Source: an uncultured Gemmatimonadaceae bacterium (GTDB lineage Bacteria > Gemmatimonadota > Gemmatimonadetes > Gemmatimonadales > Gemmatimonadaceae). From it: a DNA stretch of 64,000 nt. The position numbers were made by a program, and so were the translations under genes. Positions 61,701-64,000 of this stretch are shown piece by piece. The first letter of the stretch is position 1, and each line of letters opens with the position of its first letter. The DNA is taken from assembly GCA_963716745.1 (NCBI GenBank), contig OY970320.1:3168001-3232000 (forward strand), written 5' to 3'. The notes beneath the pieces are model-generated. The model did no database searches. It was given only the letters and a program-made list of their open reading frames with translations, and was not told the DNA's origin.

Positions 61701-61952
61701 GTTCGCGTTGATCGAGCGCATGTAGATCGAGTTCTCGACGCCGTTCACCTTCTGCTCGAGCGGCGTCGCCACCGATTGCTCGACGCTCACGGCGTCGGCG
61801 CCGGTGTACGTGGCCGTGACCTGCACTTCGGGCGGCGTGATCTCGGGGTATTGCGAGACCGGAAGCCGCTGGAGGCTCACGAGGCCGACGAGCACCGTGA
61901 CAATGGAGATCACCATCGCCACAATGGGGCGGCGAATGAAGAAATGGCCCAT
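58782..61952 (-). CDS. HAE1 RND efflux permease (AcrB family)
   Basis: FFIRRP, AIGIVVDDAIVVVE, GLAAKNAILIVEFA, RFRPILMT. Confidence 0.96.
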   Translation of the reverse strand: MGHFFIRRPIVAMVISIVTVLVGLVSLQRLPVSQYPEITPPEVQVTATYTGADAVSVEQSVATPLEQKVNGVENSIYMRSINANDGSMTLRVAFEVGTNLDINNVLVQNRVSEATPSLPEDVKKFGVAVKKSLSFPLLIVTLRSPKRSYDTRFLNNYASINITDQIARIRGVGQVTLFGGADYAMRVWVSPDRLAQLKLTVPDLTKAIQTQNVIVPGGQIGGPPAPPGQEFTYAVRTNGRLADTAEFGAVIVRTNPDGSQVHLRDVARLELGEQNYNSIARLSGDAAAAIAIYQIPGTNALDVAGQIKKTMEDLKTRFPNDMEYAISLDTTLPVSEGINEIVHTLLEAMVLVILVVFIFLQDWRATLIPLLTVPVSLIGTFAIFPMLGFSINVLSLLGLVLAIGIVVDDAIVVVEAVVHHIEHGMTPKDAANKAMDEVSGPVVAIALVLSAVFVPVAFMGGITGRLYQQFAITIAISVILSAIGALSLSPALSAMLLRKAEPKKGPLGKFFIWFNKVFDKFTGGYVGFTGILVRKMARSMIFIGILCVAIVILGKKIPGGFVPEEDQGYVLANVKMQDATSLQRTDETAKKVEQILMATPGVASVVTITGYSLVTQSYASNTAFFFVTLKPWAERGAAAEHAKGVVGVANATFQRDVPEALAFAFGPPAIPGLGTGAGYSIFVQDRTGETPAALASKTQEFIAAVRKRPEIGNAVTLYSASVPQIFANIDRDKVMTLGLQLQDVNTTIGAFLGGQYINDFNRFGRLYKVYVQAEPQYRATPDQLQFFYVRNAKGEMVPLSTFVHASRTNGPEYTNRFNLYRAAEVTGGPAPGYSSAQALQALKEVGDSVLVPAGFGYQFNAMSYQEEAAAGKGAVVFGMALVFVFLILAAQYESWSLPFSVLLGTPFAVFGAFLGLWLARLISPSYENNVFAQIGLVMLIGLAAKNAILIVEFARAKLHEGMELIPAAMEAAKLRFRPILMTAFAFILGVVPLLTASGAGAEARKVMGMAVFSGMLIATIFGVLLVPVLFVLIEKLSGGGKKAPAAAPAATASGGH

Positions 61953-61963
61953 GGTGCGCGCCC

Positions 61964-63176
61964 CTACGGTGTAGCGGGTTTCTTCGTGCTATCTGCACCC
62001 GGCGGAGGGGTGCTCGGCTGTGGGCTGGCGGCTGTCGCCGGCACGGCGGTGGAGTCGGTCGGCGGCGGGGCGAGTGTCGCGCGCACTACGGAGCCGTCGC
62101 GCGCGCGCTGCAATCCGTCCACCACCACCTTGTCGCCCACCTGCAGACCATCGACGATCACGGTCATGTTCCCCGAGTTCGGACCGGTCTTCACCGTCTT
62201 GATGTGCACCGTATCCCCGGCGCCGATCTGCGCGACGCGCTGCGTGCCCTGCAGTTCCGTGAGCGCGCGCGTGGGGATCACCAGCGCGCCCTTGAGCGTT
62301 TCGCTCACCGAGCGCACGCGCGCGAATTGTCCGGCGCGCAGGATGCGGTCGGGATTCGGGAACGCGATGTCGATCGACACCGTGCCGGTGGTGGCGTCCG
62401 TGCGCGCGTCCATCGCGCGGAACTTGCCGGGGTAGGGGAAGGTCTGCCCGTTCGCGAGGATCATCTGGATCGGCCGCTTCGCCGTGTCGCTCTTGGACGC
62501 CTTCGAGATGCGCGTGGCGAGTTCCAGATATTGCACTTCCGGGATGCTGATCTTCACCCAGATCGGATCGACTTTGGAGACCGTCGTGAGCGCCTGCGCA
62601 TCAGCGGGTCCCACGAGATTGCCCACCGACTTGGTTGAGATGCCGGCCACGCCGTCGGTCGGCGCGAGGATCCGGCAATAGGCGAGATCCACCTGCGCCG
62701 CTTCGAGCGCGCCCTTCGCCGCAGCGACGGCGCCGATGGCCGTCTGCTCAGAGGCCTCCGCATCGTCGAGTTCCCGCTTGCTCACGGCTTTCTGCTCGAC
62801 GAGCGGCCGGTAGCGCGCCACGTCCTGCTTCGCCTTGGTGAGCGACGCTTGCGCCTCGGTCAATTGTCCCTGGAGCTGTGCGACCTTGGCCTTGAATGGA
62901 TTCTCGTCGATCACGTAGAGCAGCTGGCCCTTCTTGACCGGCATTGCCCTCGTCGAAACTCTTCGACGTGAGGAATCCCGAAACGCGCGGACGGATCTCC
63001 ACTTCTTCGGAGCCGCGCGTCTGTCCCACGGCTTCAATGCCGATGGGAACATCCTGCTGCGTGACCGCGGCGTAGAGGACTTCGGGGGGGAGCGCTTTGG
63101 GTGCTTCCTTCTTGCCGCATGCGGCGAGCGCCGCGAGGGCCGCGATCGCCGCGGCGAGGGAAAGGTGTGACCTCAC
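61964..63176 (-). CDS. RND membrane fusion lipoprotein (AcrA family), frameshifted near 62950
   Basis: LAACGKK, VEIRPRVSGFL, ILAPTDG, LRAGQFARV. Confidence 0.92.
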
Positions 63177-63395
63177 GATGACAACCTCGCTGCCGCAGGA
63201 CGTGACTCACGGCCGTGCCGACATCGGCGTACATGCCCGGACCGCGAAGATGCCTCTTGAACCGCAGAGGAGCAAGCCGGACAATTGGGCGTATGGCTTT
63301 TCGGACGCGCCTCGAACGGGCTTAGATTCTGTAACTGCAGACTGAGACGTTAGACTTAGACGTTGGAAGGCGTCGTTAGCCGTGAGTTCAACTGC

Positions 63396-63469
63396 GGCAG
63401 GGTAGCTCAGCTGGTTAGAGCACGGCACTCATAATGCCGGGGTCGCGGGTTCGAGTCCCGCCCCTGCTA
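63396..63469 (+). tRNA. tRNA with CAU anticodon, probably elongator Met (Ile2 not excluded)
   Basis: GGCAGGG..CGGCA-CTCATAA-TGCCG..GGTTCGAGTCC..CCCTGCTA. Confidence 0.92.
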
Positions 63470-63483
63470 TCTGATTCGAAAAC

Positions 63484-63513
63484 AAAAGCGCGCTCCCGAG
63501 GGAGCGCGCTTTT
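63484..63513. terminator. Bidirectional intrinsic terminator
   Basis: AAAAGCGCGCTCCC-GA-GGGAGCGCGCTTTT between convergent genes. Confidence 0.8.
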
Positions 63514-63537
63514 GCTCTCGCTGCGCGCCGCTTCTCG

Positions 63538-64000
63538 CTACCGTCGCCTCCCGCCACCGCCACCGCCGCCGCGCGATCCTCCGCCCGAGCGCGCGGAGTT
63601 GTAGTTCTGCGTGCGCTGTTGTCCTTGCTGTCGCGCTTGCTGGGTCCTCGGCACATCGGCGGGCACGCGCCCCTTCGACGCAGCGCCGCCCGCTCCGCCC
63701 GCACCGCCGGCGTCCTGCCATTTGCCGCCCTGGTTCGACTGCCAGTTGTTCCCATTCTGCCGGTAGACATTCCCGTCCTTCCCGGCGACGACATTGTTCG
63801 GCCGATTCGACGCACTCCCGCCGGAAGACAGATCGCGCGTCAATGGCTGATTGGCCACGCGCCCCTCACTTCCCGGTTGGCGGTACATGTTGTTGCTCAC
63901 GCCGGCACCGCCGCCGCCAGGTTTGCCTGGTCCACCGACTCCGCCGACTCCTCCAACTCCGCCGGGCTTACCGGGTCCGCCCACTCCACCGACTCCACCC
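63538..64000 (-). CDS. Gly-rich C-terminus of a protein starting beyond the window
   Basis: (GGV)nGGPGKP repeats, NNVVAGKDGNVYRQ..WQ, RGG-like tail. Confidence 0.7.
   Translation of the reverse strand, partial: GGVGGVGGPGKPGGVGGVGGVGGPGKPGGGGAGVSNNMYRQPGSEGRVANQPLTRDLSSGGSASNRPNNVVAGKDGNVYRQNGNNWQSNQGGKWQDAGGAGGAGGAASKGRVPADVPRTQQARQQGQQRTQNYNSARSGGGSRGGGGGGGRRR

Noticed and set aside
63900..64000. 9-bp tandem repeats at the window end
   Set aside because: Explained by coding (GGV)n/GGPGKP repeats with synonymous variation

Overview
High-GC bacterial chromosome segment with many single-base indels that also break essential genes (valS, thrS, glyA, purH), most consistent with uncorrected long-read assembly errors. 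Gene content (ADOP permease, DUF2723 membrane protein, GxxExxY remnant, Minf_1886-like gene) suggests Gemmatimonadota or a related lineage; this is an inference. Layout: (1) 1-17 kb, an aryl-polyene (APE)-type type II PKS cluster in two divergent operons, with a SAM methyltransferase, a flavin halogenase-like enzyme and an Sfp-type PPTase; (2) about 15.7-22.85 kb, an AT-richer, degraded accessory region (DUF4823 lipoprotein, orphan LuxR response regulator, DsbA-like fragment, ADOP permease) at the 3' end of tRNA-Ser(UGA); (3) 23-53 kb, core genes (DUF2723, purH, tandem M42 peptidase, purN, HAD, selA, Ig-like lipoprotein, valS, BON, thrS, amidase, thiolase-bioY-CPBP-hbd-ACAD-LeuDH-rpiB-glyA, nnr, thiL, plsC, eno, ftsB); (4) 53-64 kb, tRNA-fMet, a secreted beta-propeller, an inverted-repeat-flanked GxxExxY remnant, a lipase, a tripartite RND pump and tRNA-Met. 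Most notable signals: strong enrichment of the Bacteroidetes O-glycosylation sequon D-[ST]-[AVLIMT] in exported but not cytoplasmic proteins, alongside a TMEM260/DUF2723-type candidate O-mannosyltransferase; several families of structured repeats just after stop codons; and an APE cluster carrying both methyltransferase and halogenase-like tailoring genes. All family assignments are from motif recognition, with no database searches. Coordinates of frameshifted genes are approximate.
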